Assembly: GCA_002327965.1 (NCBI GenBank)
Contig: DCVB01000086.1
Span: 1-55,649 of the forward strand
DNA: 55,649 nucleotides
Source of the DNA: Candidatus Aminicenantes bacterium UBA2199
GTDB lineage: Bacteria; Acidobacteriota; Aminicenantia; UBA2199
Direction of reading: 5' to 3'
In this document: piece after piece, positions 27,001-35,993 of the stretch
Layout of the letters: each line of letters starts with the position of its first letter
Position numbering within the stretch: position 1 is the first letter of the stretch
Made by a program: the position numbers and the translations under genes
Notes under the pieces: model-generated
What the model was told of the DNA's origin: nothing
The model's input: only the letters and a program-made list of their open reading frames with translations
Databases searched by the model: none

Positions 27001-29112
27001 GCCGTCATTGGCAGTATTATTCGTAATCGATATCCAAGTCGCACCGCTGTTAATGGAATAGTGAATCTGGACGTTGCCCACGGTGCCGGTAGTTGTCCAC
27101 GTGATGTTGCGGCTTTGTCCCACCGTCCACACTTCGCCGCCGTTGGGCGAGGTGACTGTAATTGAGGGTTGAGCCGTCGGCGCATAGGTATAAGCGCCAT
27201 ACAGGTTCAAGCGCCTGCCGGTGACGGTTATGCCGCTCAAGGAAGTCTTGGAGTCACCACCATAGAGGATCCGCTGCTTGCGCTGGGCGACGGTTTCATT
27301 GGGGAAGATCGACGCCAAATAGGCCACGGCACCGGCAACGTGAGGAGTCGCCATCGAAGTTCCGTCCCAGGAAGCATAATATGCATTCTGGCGCCCGATA
27401 CCAATGTTATCAATCAGCCACCCGATCCAGGTATTCGCGTCATTGTTGTCTTGGAGGCGGAACCTCATCCTGAATTGAGTGGTTTTAAAGGAATCGGGGA
27501 TCAACCAGGACCAATCGCTCCAATACCATCCTTCATCGGTAAAATCGTGTATAACGGTCCAGCTTGATCCGCCATTATTGGAAAATTCTATAAATCCATG
27601 ATCGCCGGCCCTGAAAGCCAGAGCTGAACCGATGGCAAAATAGATTTTTTCGCCAACATAGGCCGAAAGATCAATGTTCGCGTTGTATGCCAACCAAGTA
27701 TGGGAATTAGCTGCATAACTCGCCCCCGGACGGTCGCTCCAGAAAGTCGGCGGACTTGGAACTGGGAAACTGCCATTGGCGAAACCTTCCTGATCCGTGG
27801 TAATTTGCCAATAGTCGGTTCCGGATATTGCTCCATGAGTCCAATTGCCCTCACCGCTGTTCACGTTGTCAAAGAAAATATCCTCGCCAGCTCCCGGAAC
27901 ATAAACTGGGGGAATCGTGCTTAAAATCGCCACTCCCGGCGCCCCCAAATCGACCGAGGTGGCGCCATAGTTGGAAAAGATTCCGAGGGCATCGTTATGA
28001 TCAGTCGCCGCCACGGAGATGATCCCGGGCAGGGTGTAATCGGAGGGATAATGATGGTAGCTTCCACCGGTAGCGTCGTTGTTGTCGCCAAAGCCGTCGC
28101 TGCCACCGTTTCCGGCCGCCGCGCAAAAGACGATGCCGGCGTTGTTCACGACCTCGATGGCGTCACGCAATAGCCCGGAGTCCTGCGTGCGGCCGGGCAC
28201 GCCACCCCAGGAAGCGTTGATGGCCACGACATTCTGCCCGTGGGTCTTCTGGTACACCACGTACTGCATGCATTCGATCGCATCGGCGTCCCAGCCGCCG
28301 CCGTCGTAGTCGCCGAAAAACTTCAGCGCCATGATTTTTACATTCCAGTTAACCCCGACCACCCCCAGCGAATTGTTCCCCCTGGCGCCGATCGTCCCCG
28401 AGCAATGGGTCCCATGGCCGATGCCGTCCATGGGATCGGTGTCACCGGGATTTGTCGAGGCACCGTCGGCTCCGGCCGGGTCGATGCCGTAGATGTCGTC
28501 GATATAGCCGTTGCCGTCATCGTCGATGCCGTTGCCGGCGATTTCGCCCGGATTCTTCCAGAGGTTGGCGATCAGGTCGGGATGGTTGTAGTCGATGCCG
28601 CTGTCGATGACGGCCACCACGACGCCAGAAGAGCCGGTGCTGATATCCCACGCCTCGGGGGCGTCGATGTCGGCATCGGGGGTACCGAGGGTCTGGCCGA
28701 TATTGTGCATTCCCCAAAGAGAACTGTAATACGTATCATTCGGGGTAGCGGCAAGCTCCCGCCTGTAGTTTGGGTGGGCATATTCCACGCTTGGATCACT
28801 TGATAGCGCATTGGCCAGAACCAGGGCGTCGATTTTTTTTGTTGACTTCAAGTGGACGATCTGCTGGCCTTTCATCTTGGACAGCAATCCAAACTGCTTT
28901 ATCAGGACCAGCGACTGGCCGGCGGCGAATTTGTTGACCGCGGCCAGGTCGACGCCCTCCTTGAACTTGACCAGCACCTCGCTGTCGGCATAAGGCTTCG
29001 GGGCGTCTGCGCCCGGCAAGAGGATCCTGCGCTTAGGCCCGCCGGCGAAGACCAGCGTCCCGCAAATCAGAAAGATCGCCAGGGGAAATAATATTTTTTT
29101 GCTTTTTGGCAT
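24085..29112 (-). CDS. 1675-aa exported multidomain protein: S8 subtilase with beta-rich insert, SPNGGE Ig-like domain, PKD-like domain, and C25 gingipain/PorU-like peptidase
   Basis: Signal peptide. S8 triad AVIDSG / HGTHCSG / GTSMATP. ITVTSPNGGE and YRFDWGDG modules. C25 motifs EDIYDVFS.G, IAIGRLP, NYCGHAG and MYTCAAG. Confidence 0.9.
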   Translation of the reverse strand: MPKSKKILFPLAIFLICGTLVFAGGPKRRILLPGADAPKPYADSEVLVKFKEGVDLAAVNKFAAGQSLVLIKQFGLLSKMKGQQIVHLKSTKKIDALVLANALSSDPSVEYAHPNYRRELAATPNDTYYSSLWGMHNIGQTLGTPDADIDAPEAWDISTGSSGVVVAVIDSGIDYNHPDLIANLWKNPGEIAGNGIDDDGNGYIDDIYGIDPAGADGASTNPGDTDPMDGIGHGTHCSGTIGARGNNSLGVVGVNWNVKIMALKFFGDYDGGGWDADAIECMQYVVYQKTHGQNVVAINASWGGVPGRTQDSGLLRDAIEVVNNAGIVFCAAAGNGGSDGFGDNNDATGGSYHHYPSDYTLPGIISVAATDHNDALGIFSNYGATSVDLGAPGVAILSTIPPVYVPGAGEDIFFDNVNSGEGNWTHGAISGTDYWQITTDQEGFANGSFPVPSPPTFWSDRPGASYAANSHTWLAYNANIDLSAYVGEKIYFAIGSALAFRAGDHGFIEFSNNGGSSWTVIHDFTDEGWYWSDWSWLIPDSFKTTQFRMRFRLQDNNDANTWIGWLIDNIGIGRQNAYYASWDGTSMATPHVAGAVAYLASIFPNETVAQRKQRILYGGDSKTSLSGITVTGRRLNLYGAYTYAPTAQPSITVTSPNGGEVWTVGQSRNITWTTTGTVGNVQIHYSINSGATWISITNNTANDGVHAWTIPNTPSANCLIRIWERSDYDPSDISDAVFAIVLNNGETVSIPSTLTGPATGLVGATYTYTTGGSTSSMGHSVQYRFDWGDGTYSVWLPVGTTSASHSWATAATYNVRAMARCSDHYVQSDWSTPLPVLLDETPTWAAITRFAASDAESLPTVEWHTASELGTVGFNLFRQDNRTREFQLIHTDFLPALANAPQGGVYRLADPGAYPGEPSVYQLEEIDARGRSRSYGPFTLTFGGHAQTDLTDPSVRLGKEEGGDVIGYQRYPRQRSPLDEERLEARRRELRAGSLQAAANGRARITVKGRGLFYVTATQIAKCLGTNQGGAAALIGNRNLKLTGLGREIAWLADANGAGLFFYNEGKETVYSDKNVYFLEKGSGLPMKTLSGGGAGAAGMQSFMDTLHFEGNRYPLLNAAMDPAGDIWFWDYVVGGAAAKTFAVDVPGVATGRAALKVSLQGATDTAASHDHHALVSLNGREIGEAAWGGAKAHEFEIEFDASLLQEGGNVLSVSGALDTGAPYSVFYVQSFDLSYPRHYQAVNNSLVCRGDGNPVVTVSGLTELQAVVLDVTTADRPQQLTGITVDVSGRVTFVPRNAGNTYLVSGLNAALRPLAVVGGRPGKLRGTSQSADHIVIAPEEFEATARKLADHRTRNGLKSVLVTLEDIYDVFSDGVPNPYAIRDFLAFARKKWTGRQVKYAVLVGKGTYDYNDYQGHGDNLVPAVLGWTPEGLCAADRIYGDVAGRDGLPEIAIGRLPAVTNAELKAMIDKIKAYESGQGAWLDKALMIADNADSGGDFAAGCDELAGLAVGMQAEKIYLAGSAAETRARIIDSWNGGAGLVNYCGHAGVDQLATENIFHVANAGELRNGGMLPLVTMYTCAAGRFELPGFTSLGEALLANADGGMAGGMLPSGAAYHSDSMKLGEQFYKAVYQAREARAGAAWLAAMKNYLLLGGKSSLLNVYNWLGDPGMRLK

Positions 29113-29211
29113 GTTCCTCTCCTCAGATCTTAAGTTCGCCTTAAAACCTATAAAAAAGGAAAATATTACAAAACACTATTACTGTCAATAAGGAACTGCA
29201 ATGTTTTCTGG

Positions 29212-29240
29212 ATTATAATTCAATTATTTGAATTTTTCAA
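29212..29240 (-). promoter_or_regulatory. Sigma70 promoter TTGAAA-17-TATAAT for the protease/RiPP operon
   Basis: Plus strand TTTCAA at 29235-29240 and ATTATA at 29212-29217. A second minus-strand TTGACA lies at 29183-29188. The intergenic region is very AT-rich. Confidence 0.65.
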
Positions 29241-29309
29241 CATGGAAAAACTACTTATATAGCTGGATTTGCCATAAAAAGGTCCCACTGGATAAAAACG
29301 GTGAATTTC

Positions 29310-31244
29310 TTACGCTCCGTCTTCCACCTGCACGCCAAGGTCGCGCGTTTCGGGGCCGAGCCCCAGTTCGGACAGGTTGAAGGTGGGATGGACGCGGAAT
29401 TCCAGGAAGCCCTCAGGATCTTCCCCATTCTCGATCCGGATGGGCACAGTGGCATTTTCCCTGAAAACCACTCGCTGCAGTAGTTTTCCGCGCCAGTAGA
29501 AATCGACGGCCTGTTGCCGGCCGGGCAAAAGGGAGAGCGGTGCGCCGCAGGTGAACAAAATCTCAGGCACCGGGCGTTTTTTTGCGGGGAACAGATACAT
29601 TCCCGACTCGGCACCGCTCCAGCGGAAGGATCGGGACCCCTTCTGCTCGGGATAGGAAAATCCGTAATCAAAGGGCGTCGAGGTTTCGCGCGCCCATGTC
29701 CGCGGATGGAGCCGATGAAAAGCGAACCCGTTCGCGACCGTGAAAAAAAGGAGCAGCGCGGCGGCCCAGGCGAAGCCGCTCTTCTGCTCCGGCCCCGGTT
29801 GCCAATCCCCGCGGGAAACGACGACCCAGAAAAGGAGCAGCACCTCGGGAAACCAGAAGAAATTATTGAAGAACAGGGCGAGGGCCATGGCAACCAGGAT
29901 CAAGCGCTCCTGGCCCGGTTTCAGCCGCCGCAGCAGAACCGAGAGAAAGAGCAGGAACGCCAGGCCGCCGATAATGCCGCCCTCGGTGAAGAACAGGAGA
30001 TACTGGTTCAGCGGCAGGTCGAAATACGCGTTCTTGCCGAAGCGCAGGTACTTGAGACAGAAGAGAAAGTTGCCGGTCCCGACGCCGCTCAGCGGAAAGC
30101 GGCCGATCATGCGGAACCCGTCACGGAGCATGCTGAGCCGCGTGTTGCCGACACCGTCGACCGCCAGGAACAGGTCGGATTGGGCCGGAATCTTTGCCAC
30201 CTGACTCACCGTGCGTTGCAGCCGCTTTCCGAGCGTGCCGCCTCCAAACACCAACAAGGCAATCAACGCCAGGATGATCAGTCCTTTGATGCAGAAGCCC
30301 GCCTTTCTGGAATGGAGGATAACGGCCGTTCCGGCCAGAATAAAGAAAATCGCCGTGCGGCAGCCGGAAAGCATGACCGAGGCCAGGGCAACGGCCAGGA
30401 ACAGGAGATCGCCGGCAATGCCGGGCCACAGCGGGCGTCTGAGTTCGGGATCGCTCCCTTTCTCATCTGGCTTCATTCGCTTGGGGCGCAGCCGCTTCAT
30501 AAGTTCAAGTGCCTGCCAAAGAAACATGGCGCCGGCGAAGAAACCGAAGGCGTTGAAATCGGAGAAGCCGCCGTTCAACTGCTTCATCCTCATCCCCCAC
30601 CAGCTTTGCGCCAGCAGGTCGGGATCGATCCATTTCTGGACCAGGGCCAGGAGAAACGACAGGAAGAAGCCGGCCTTGAGAGGGATGAAAACCTGTTTCA
30701 CTCCCAGGCGCAAATGGCGCAACAGAAAGGCCGCCCAGGGAGAAAGCGAAAACAGGGCCAGGGTGATGACGGGAAAGATGATGGCGAAAGAGACCCGCTC
30801 CTGGCTGGGCGCCACCGGCGTGTCGCGCAGGAAGGCCAGCGACGCCGTACCGAGGTTCGACCAGCGCAGGAAGACGAAGACGGCCGAGACCCACAACAGG
30901 GCCAGGAAAAAAAGGTAAACGCCGCGGCCGGGAAAACCCGTTTCCAGCCTCTCCCTTTTCAGGAGCGAAGCGCAAAGCATGCCACCGAGATGGAAGAGCG
31001 GCATGCCCATGTAGTTGAATGGGTAGCCGTTGAAGAACAGGTCGGGCGTGGAGTTGACCAGCGGCAGGAGAAACAGGAACAGCAGCAGCGCCCGGCGGCC
31101 ATTCCAGGCATACGAGACGAAGCCCAGGGCCGCGAACAGCAGGGGCAGGGCGAGGAATTTCAGGTGGATGGCGACCACGAAAAAGAGGAGCGCCAGGGAG
31201 AGGAGGGAGAAGGAGAGGAACAGGGCCCTGGGAGATCCTTTCAT
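29310..31244 (-). CDS. O-antigen ligase/Wzy_C-family membrane protein (possible oligosaccharyltransferase)
   Basis: Polytopic; GGFSDFNAFG, LSGCRTA, R...FPLSGVGTGNF, NQYL...EGGIIG, and a soluble C-terminal domain (FRWS...DLGV). Confidence 0.8.
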   Translation of the reverse strand: MKGSPRALFLSFSLLSLALLFFVVAIHLKFLALPLLFAALGFVSYAWNGRRALLLFLFLLPLVNSTPDLFFNGYPFNYMGMPLFHLGGMLCASLLKRERLETGFPGRGVYLFFLALLWVSAVFVFLRWSNLGTASLAFLRDTPVAPSQERVSFAIIFPVITLALFSLSPWAAFLLRHLRLGVKQVFIPLKAGFFLSFLLALVQKWIDPDLLAQSWWGMRMKQLNGGFSDFNAFGFFAGAMFLWQALELMKRLRPKRMKPDEKGSDPELRRPLWPGIAGDLLFLAVALASVMLSGCRTAIFFILAGTAVILHSRKAGFCIKGLIILALIALLVFGGGTLGKRLQRTVSQVAKIPAQSDLFLAVDGVGNTRLSMLRDGFRMIGRFPLSGVGTGNFLFCLKYLRFGKNAYFDLPLNQYLLFFTEGGIIGGLAFLLFLSVLLRRLKPGQERLILVAMALALFFNNFFWFPEVLLLFWVVVSRGDWQPGPEQKSGFAWAAALLLFFTVANGFAFHRLHPRTWARETSTPFDYGFSYPEQKGSRSFRWSGAESGMYLFPAKKRPVPEILFTCGAPLSLLPGRQQAVDFYWRGKLLQRVVFRENATVPIRIENGEDPEGFLEFRVHPTFNLSELGLGPETRDLGVQVEDGA

Positions 31245-31280
31245 CGTCTGTTGTCCAGGTCCCGGGGACCGCGGCCGGGG

Positions 31281-32696
31281 TCAGTATGCATGGGGATCGC
31301 CCTTGAACATCTCACAGACCGTGAGCCCGATGATCTTCATGTCCAGCAGGAACGACCAGTTCTCGATGTACCAGATATCGGCCTCCACGCGGCGCCGCAG
31401 CAGCTCGGGGTCGCTGGTCTCGCCGCGCAGGCCGTTCACCTGGGCCCAGCCGGTGATGCCGGGCTTGACCAGGTGGCGCAGCGGGTAGTGCGGGATGGAG
31501 CCCTTCGCCTCCAGGTTCATCGGCGTGGGATGGGGCCGGGGCCCGACCAGCGACATCTCCCCTTTCAGCACGTTGATGAACTGCGGCAGCTCGTCCAGGT
31601 TGCTGCGGCGCAGGAAACGGCCGATGGGGGTGACGCGCGGGTCGTCGCGCGTCGCCTGAAGATAGCGCCCGTTCTCGTCGACATCCGTGCTGTCGGGAGC
31701 CATGGAACGGAACTTCCAGCAGAGGATGCGCCGGTTCTTCTTCCCCCAGCGCTCCTGCTTGAAGAAGACCGGGCCTGGCGAGGTGGCCTTGATCAGCAGG
31801 GCCAGAAGCGGCCACAGCCAGGAAAAGACGGCGATGAAGAGCGCCAGGGAAAAAACCAGGTCGAAGGCGCGCTTTAGAAACCGCCAGGACGAACGTTCCA
31901 GCGAATTGGAGCGCAGGGTGATGATGGGAAATGGGCCGAAGCGTGAGACGCGATAGCTCATGCCGAGAATGCGCTGCAGGTCGGGGATAATGTGCACGCG
32001 GATGGGGAATTTCTCGCAGGCGCCGACGATCGCCCCGAGTCGATCCATGCCGCCGTTGGGCAGGGCGATCACCACATCGTCGACCGCCTGGCTCTCCAGC
32101 ACCCGGGGCAGATCATCGATCACGCCGAGATGCAGGCTGCCGGGACCCTTTGCCGGCTCATCGGCGACATAACCCCGCACCCGCAGGTCGAAGTGGGGGT
32201 TGGCGGCAATGGTCGCGCAGAAACTGCGCGCGGTCTTGCCGCCGCCGATGACCAGGACGCTGCCCAACCGGCGGCCGTCCCGGCGCACCCTCATTTGCAG
32301 CCATATTACGACCAGGTTCCAGAGTGTCAGCGAAACCAGCAGCAGGCCGAAATAGGTGAAGAGAAAGAAGCGCGAAAGAACGTGGGATTTGGCCACGAAC
32401 AGCACGACCGTGGCCAGAAAGAAATGCAGCAGCATCTTCCTGCCCAGAGCGAGCAACTCGCCGCCCAGCGAGCGGATCCGCGCATCACTGTATAGCTGGA
32501 AAGCGCGGGCGCCGCCGGCCCAGGCCAGGCACAGGAAGAGGAGGAAATACAGCTCCAGGCTCCCCGGGCGCAGGAAATTGGCGGTCATGCCGGCATGGCG
32601 CCGGGACAGGAAAACGGCGATGAAGAAAACGGCAACGAGAATCAGCATGTTGCCGGCCTTTTTCAGGAAATCACTGTTACGGCTGCGGTTCTGCAT
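31281..32696 (-). CDS. Undecaprenyl-phosphate sugar phosphotransferase (WcaJ-like)
   Basis: KRAFD, SPGPVFFKQER, KFRSM, DDPRVT.IGRFLRR..LDELPQ, GEMSLVGPRP and VKPGITGWAQV. Confidence 0.93.
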   Translation of the reverse strand: MQNRSRNSDFLKKAGNMLILVAVFFIAVFLSRRHAGMTANFLRPGSLELYFLLFLCLAWAGGARAFQLYSDARIRSLGGELLALGRKMLLHFFLATVVLFVAKSHVLSRFFLFTYFGLLLVSLTLWNLVVIWLQMRVRRDGRRLGSVLVIGGGKTARSFCATIAANPHFDLRVRGYVADEPAKGPGSLHLGVIDDLPRVLESQAVDDVVIALPNGGMDRLGAIVGACEKFPIRVHIIPDLQRILGMSYRVSRFGPFPIITLRSNSLERSSWRFLKRAFDLVFSLALFIAVFSWLWPLLALLIKATSPGPVFFKQERWGKKNRRILCWKFRSMAPDSTDVDENGRYLQATRDDPRVTPIGRFLRRSNLDELPQFINVLKGEMSLVGPRPHPTPMNLEAKGSIPHYPLRHLVKPGITGWAQVNGLRGETSDPELLRRRVEADIWYIENWSFLLDMKIIGLTVCEMFKGDPHAY

Positions 32697-33801
32697 TTTT
32701 CCCGTCCGCGATTTCGGCGAACAGCCGCCGGTATTGGGCGGTGATCGATTCCCATGAATAGACATCACGTATGCGCTGCGGGGCTTTGCGGCGCAAGCCG
32801 TTCAACAGCGCCTCGTCGCCCTCCATTTCTCCGATCCGGGCGGCCAGGTCGCCGGTCTTCTTGGCGAAATACAATCCGTATTCCCCGGCCAGCATCATTT
32901 CGCGGTTAAAGACCGTATCCAGGGCACAGACGGCGCAGCCATTGGCCAGCGCCTGCAGCAGGACCGGGTTGGTGCCGCCGAATTCGTGGCCGTGAAAATA
33001 GGCGTGACAGTGCTGAAGGAGGGCTTCCAGCTCATCGGGATCGTTCACGTAGCCGGTGAACACGAGCCGCGGATCGGAGCTCCCCTGGAGGTTCTCGGCA
33101 AAGCAATCGCGATAAGGAACATCGCCGACGATGACCAGTTTCCGTTGCGAAGCGGAAGCAGCGAACTCGCGGGCGATGAGATCCGCGTTGTTGTCAGGGA
33201 CCAGACGGCCGACGACCAGGTAATACCCCCGCGGCTGCAGGCCCCACTTTCCCAGCAACCCGGGATCGGCCGGCGGCGGGATATTGGCGCCGTAGGCGAT
33301 CATGGTCGACTCCGCATTGAACTCCTGGCGATAGATCTTCTGCATCTCCGACGAATCGGTGATCACGCGGTCATACAGTCTCACCGCCATCCTGGAGGCC
33401 CAATGAAAATAGCGCGCTCCCAGGCCCCGCCATTTGGGCCGCAGCCACTCCAGGCCATCGACATTGATGACGGTGGATCTGCGGAAGATCCGGGCCAGCA
33501 GGCCGAAGGGCCCGTTGGCCGAATTGACCACCAGGATGACGTCGAATCCGCCGAAGCAAGCGTGCAGCATGGATTGCAGGGAGTGAACGAATTGGCTCAG
33601 GATCTTTTTTTCGATGGTCGGGACATAGACCAGGCGAATGCCATTCAATTCACGGGGCCGTTTGCGAAAAAGGTTACGATGGCAATAGACGGTGACGCCG
33701 ATGCCCGAGCGGACAAGGCGCTCCCCCAGCTCGCGGACGAAGGTCTCGTAGCCGCTGTAAACGATCGGGTATCCCCGCGAGCCGATGATGGCGATCTTCA
33801 T
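32677..33801 (-). CDS. GT4 glycosyltransferase with DUF1972-type N-terminus
   Basis: IIGSRGYP..YSGYETF, NVDGLEW.R.KW and HGHEFGGTNP.LLQAL. Confidence 0.88.
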   Translation of the reverse strand: MKIAIIGSRGYPIVYSGYETFVRELGERLVRSGIGVTVYCHRNLFRKRPRELNGIRLVYVPTIEKKILSQFVHSLQSMLHACFGGFDVILVVNSANGPFGLLARIFRRSTVINVDGLEWLRPKWRGLGARYFHWASRMAVRLYDRVITDSSEMQKIYRQEFNAESTMIAYGANIPPPADPGLLGKWGLQPRGYYLVVGRLVPDNNADLIAREFAASASQRKLVIVGDVPYRDCFAENLQGSSDPRLVFTGYVNDPDELEALLQHCHAYFHGHEFGGTNPVLLQALANGCAVCALDTVFNREMMLAGEYGLYFAKKTGDLAARIGEMEGDEALLNGLRRKAPQRIRDVYSWESITAQYRRLFAEIADGKNAEPQP

Positions 33802-35030
33802 CCGCCCCCCGGCGCCGGCCTGGCGGCGATCAATTCCCGGTAGAGGCGCAGCAGCTTTTCTCCATGCTGATCCGCGCTGAAATGCTGTTCGAGATGCCGG
33901 TGGGCCTTGCGCGCCAATTCGCGCCCCAGCTCCGGCTGCTGCAGCAGCCGGGCGATCTGAACCCGCAGATCGGCGCTGTCGCCCGGGGAAAAAAGCAGGC
34001 CGGTTTCCCGGTCGATCACCAGTTCGGGGATGCCACCGATGCGGGCCGCCACCACCGGGACGCTTAGGGCGAACGCTTCCATGACGGCAAAAGGATTGTT
34101 CTCATACCAGATGGATGGCACGACGACCATGCGGGCGCGCCGGACGATCGCCGCCAGGGCGGGAAACGGCTGATGGCCGAGGAAGCGGATGCGGGCATTC
34201 GCGATTTGTCCGGCCTGGGCCTGCAACGCTTTTTTCTCGGGGCCATCACCGATGATCAGGCAATCGACCGGCGTGCCGTTCATGGCGTCGATCAGCAGGG
34301 ACACGCCCTTTTCCTCGACCAGGCGCCCGAAATAAACGACCGGCGCTCCCGGTGCCGCGGGGACAGGCTCGAGCGGCGGCAAGCCGGTGAAATTTGCGAT
34401 ATGGACGCACTTCCCCCGGAAGCCCATCTCACCCGCCTTGGCGATCAGAAAGAGGCTGGGACTGATGAAGCGATCGACCCGCCTGTAGTTCGCGCGGTGC
34501 AGCACTGCCCCCAGCGAACAAACCAGGCTTTTCCAATAGCTGTTCTTGACGCATCGCTTCAGGAGGCACCACTGAAAGCGGCCTCCCCGGCACTTTTCGC
34601 AGGGCTTTCCCCGCGAAAAAAGCTTGTAGGCCGGGCAGATCGGCTTGTAATCATGGAGGGTCATCACCACCGGCACGCCGTGCCTTTTCAGGGTGGCGAT
34701 GATCGCCGGCGAGAGATGGTGGTAGATGTTGTGCAGGTGGGCGATGTCCGGCTTCTCGCTGCGCAGGAGCTCGGACAGCTTCGCCTGCGACTCTTTCCCG
34801 AACAGGATGCGCAGCACCCCCCTGACCCGCTCCCGCCAGTTGCCCATCTCCTCGAAATCGACCCGGGAGACGAAATGGGATGATTGCCGCGACTCCAGGT
34901 TCTTCGGATGGTCCATGGAAAAAAAGATCACCTCGTGCCCCTGCTGCCGCAGCAGCTCAGCCGTTTGGAAAAATGCGGTCTCCGAGCCGCCGAAGGGAAA
35001 GAAGAATTTGTTGACCAGCAGGATCTTCAT
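33798..35030 (-). CDS. GT4 glycosyltransferase
   Basis: HLHNIYHHLSP, TLHDYK.ICP, GRLVEEKG, PS.WYEN.P..VMEA and GGIPEL. Confidence 0.92.
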   Translation of the reverse strand: MKILLVNKFFFPFGGSETAFFQTAELLRQQGHEVIFFSMDHPKNLESRQSSHFVSRVDFEEMGNWRERVRGVLRILFGKESQAKLSELLRSEKPDIAHLHNIYHHLSPAIIATLKRHGVPVVMTLHDYKPICPAYKLFSRGKPCEKCRGGRFQWCLLKRCVKNSYWKSLVCSLGAVLHRANYRRVDRFISPSLFLIAKAGEMGFRGKCVHIANFTGLPPLEPVPAAPGAPVVYFGRLVEEKGVSLLIDAMNGTPVDCLIIGDGPEKKALQAQAGQIANARIRFLGHQPFPALAAIVRRARMVVVPSIWYENNPFAVMEAFALSVPVVAARIGGIPELVIDRETGLLFSPGDSADLRVQIARLLQQPELGRELARKAHRHLEQHFSADQHGEKLLRLYRELIAARPAPGGG

Positions 35031-35944
35031 GATCCGCCGCTCTTTTCAGCGATCACGGTCATGCTGGACCCAAAATCGCGGACCAGGGGGATGCGCGTGA
35101 TGCCCTGTTGAATACCCGAGAGCGCCCGCGCCAAGCGCGGCTTGGCCTGCCAGGATGGCGGCAGAAAAAATGATCCAAGAAAACCATGCATTTCGATCCG
35201 CCGGACGCGAAAACCATTTTCACGCAACAAGCGCGGCAGGCTGCGGCAGGAAAACAGGCGCTCTTCCGCCACCTCGTCATGGGGCGTGTCGTCCAGGAGC
35301 GCGCATTGCCGGTGCACGTACCATTTCCTGCCGCCGCGGATGCGCGCCGCCCGCCAGCGGGCCACGGGATTCAGGGCATTGGCATCAGAGATAATGAGCA
35401 AGCCCCCGGGGAGCAATCCCTGGTAGGCCGCAGCTAAGAACGCCTCCGCCGGGTGGATGTGGGAGATCGCCTCGTTGACCCAGATCAGATCATACCCCGG
35501 GGTCTCCCGGAGATGGGTGATGGCGTTGGCGGTAAGAAAACGGAGCGGCAGGCGGCATTGGCCGACTTCCTGAAAGAACGGGACGCGCGAGCCAGCGTAG
35601 GCGGTCCGGAAAGGCACCAGATCGATACCGGTAACATGGGCCCCCGACAACGCCGCCAGGATCGCTTCGCTGCCGCAACCCGCTCCCGCGTCCAGCAACC
35701 GCGGTGACGGGCGCCGGCGTATCTCGGCCAGAAGGGGTGACAAGCGCGCCGCGTAAGCGTGGATGGCTAGGTGGTTGAGGACGCCCCGGGCGGAAAAGAA
35801 TCCCGGTACATATTTCAGTTGCAGGTACGAATCATCCAACCGCTGCCGGCGCCGGCAGGCAAGTTCCTGAAAAAGCAGACGCGCAAAATCTTCCGCAATC
35901 CTGGGCGTGGCGGCGGAAGCGGGAAAAACAGCTTTTTCATTCAT
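35027..35944 (-). CDS. Class I SAM-dependent methyltransferase
   Basis: LLDAGAGCG, GIDL, EAISHI and LLPGG. Confidence 0.82.
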   Translation of the reverse strand: MNEKAVFPASAATPRIAEDFARLLFQELACRRRQRLDDSYLQLKYVPGFFSARGVLNHLAIHAYAARLSPLLAEIRRRPSPRLLDAGAGCGSEAILAALSGAHVTGIDLVPFRTAYAGSRVPFFQEVGQCRLPLRFLTANAITHLRETPGYDLIWVNEAISHIHPAEAFLAAAYQGLLPGGLLIISDANALNPVARWRAARIRGGRKWYVHRQCALLDDTPHDEVAEERLFSCRSLPRLLRENGFRVRRIEMHGFLGSFFLPPSWQAKPRLARALSGIQQGITRIPLVRDFGSSMTVIAEKSGGS

Positions 35945-35993
35945 CCAAAACCAATGGAATTTTACGGCATTTTGCCCGCAAAGACAAATTTCC

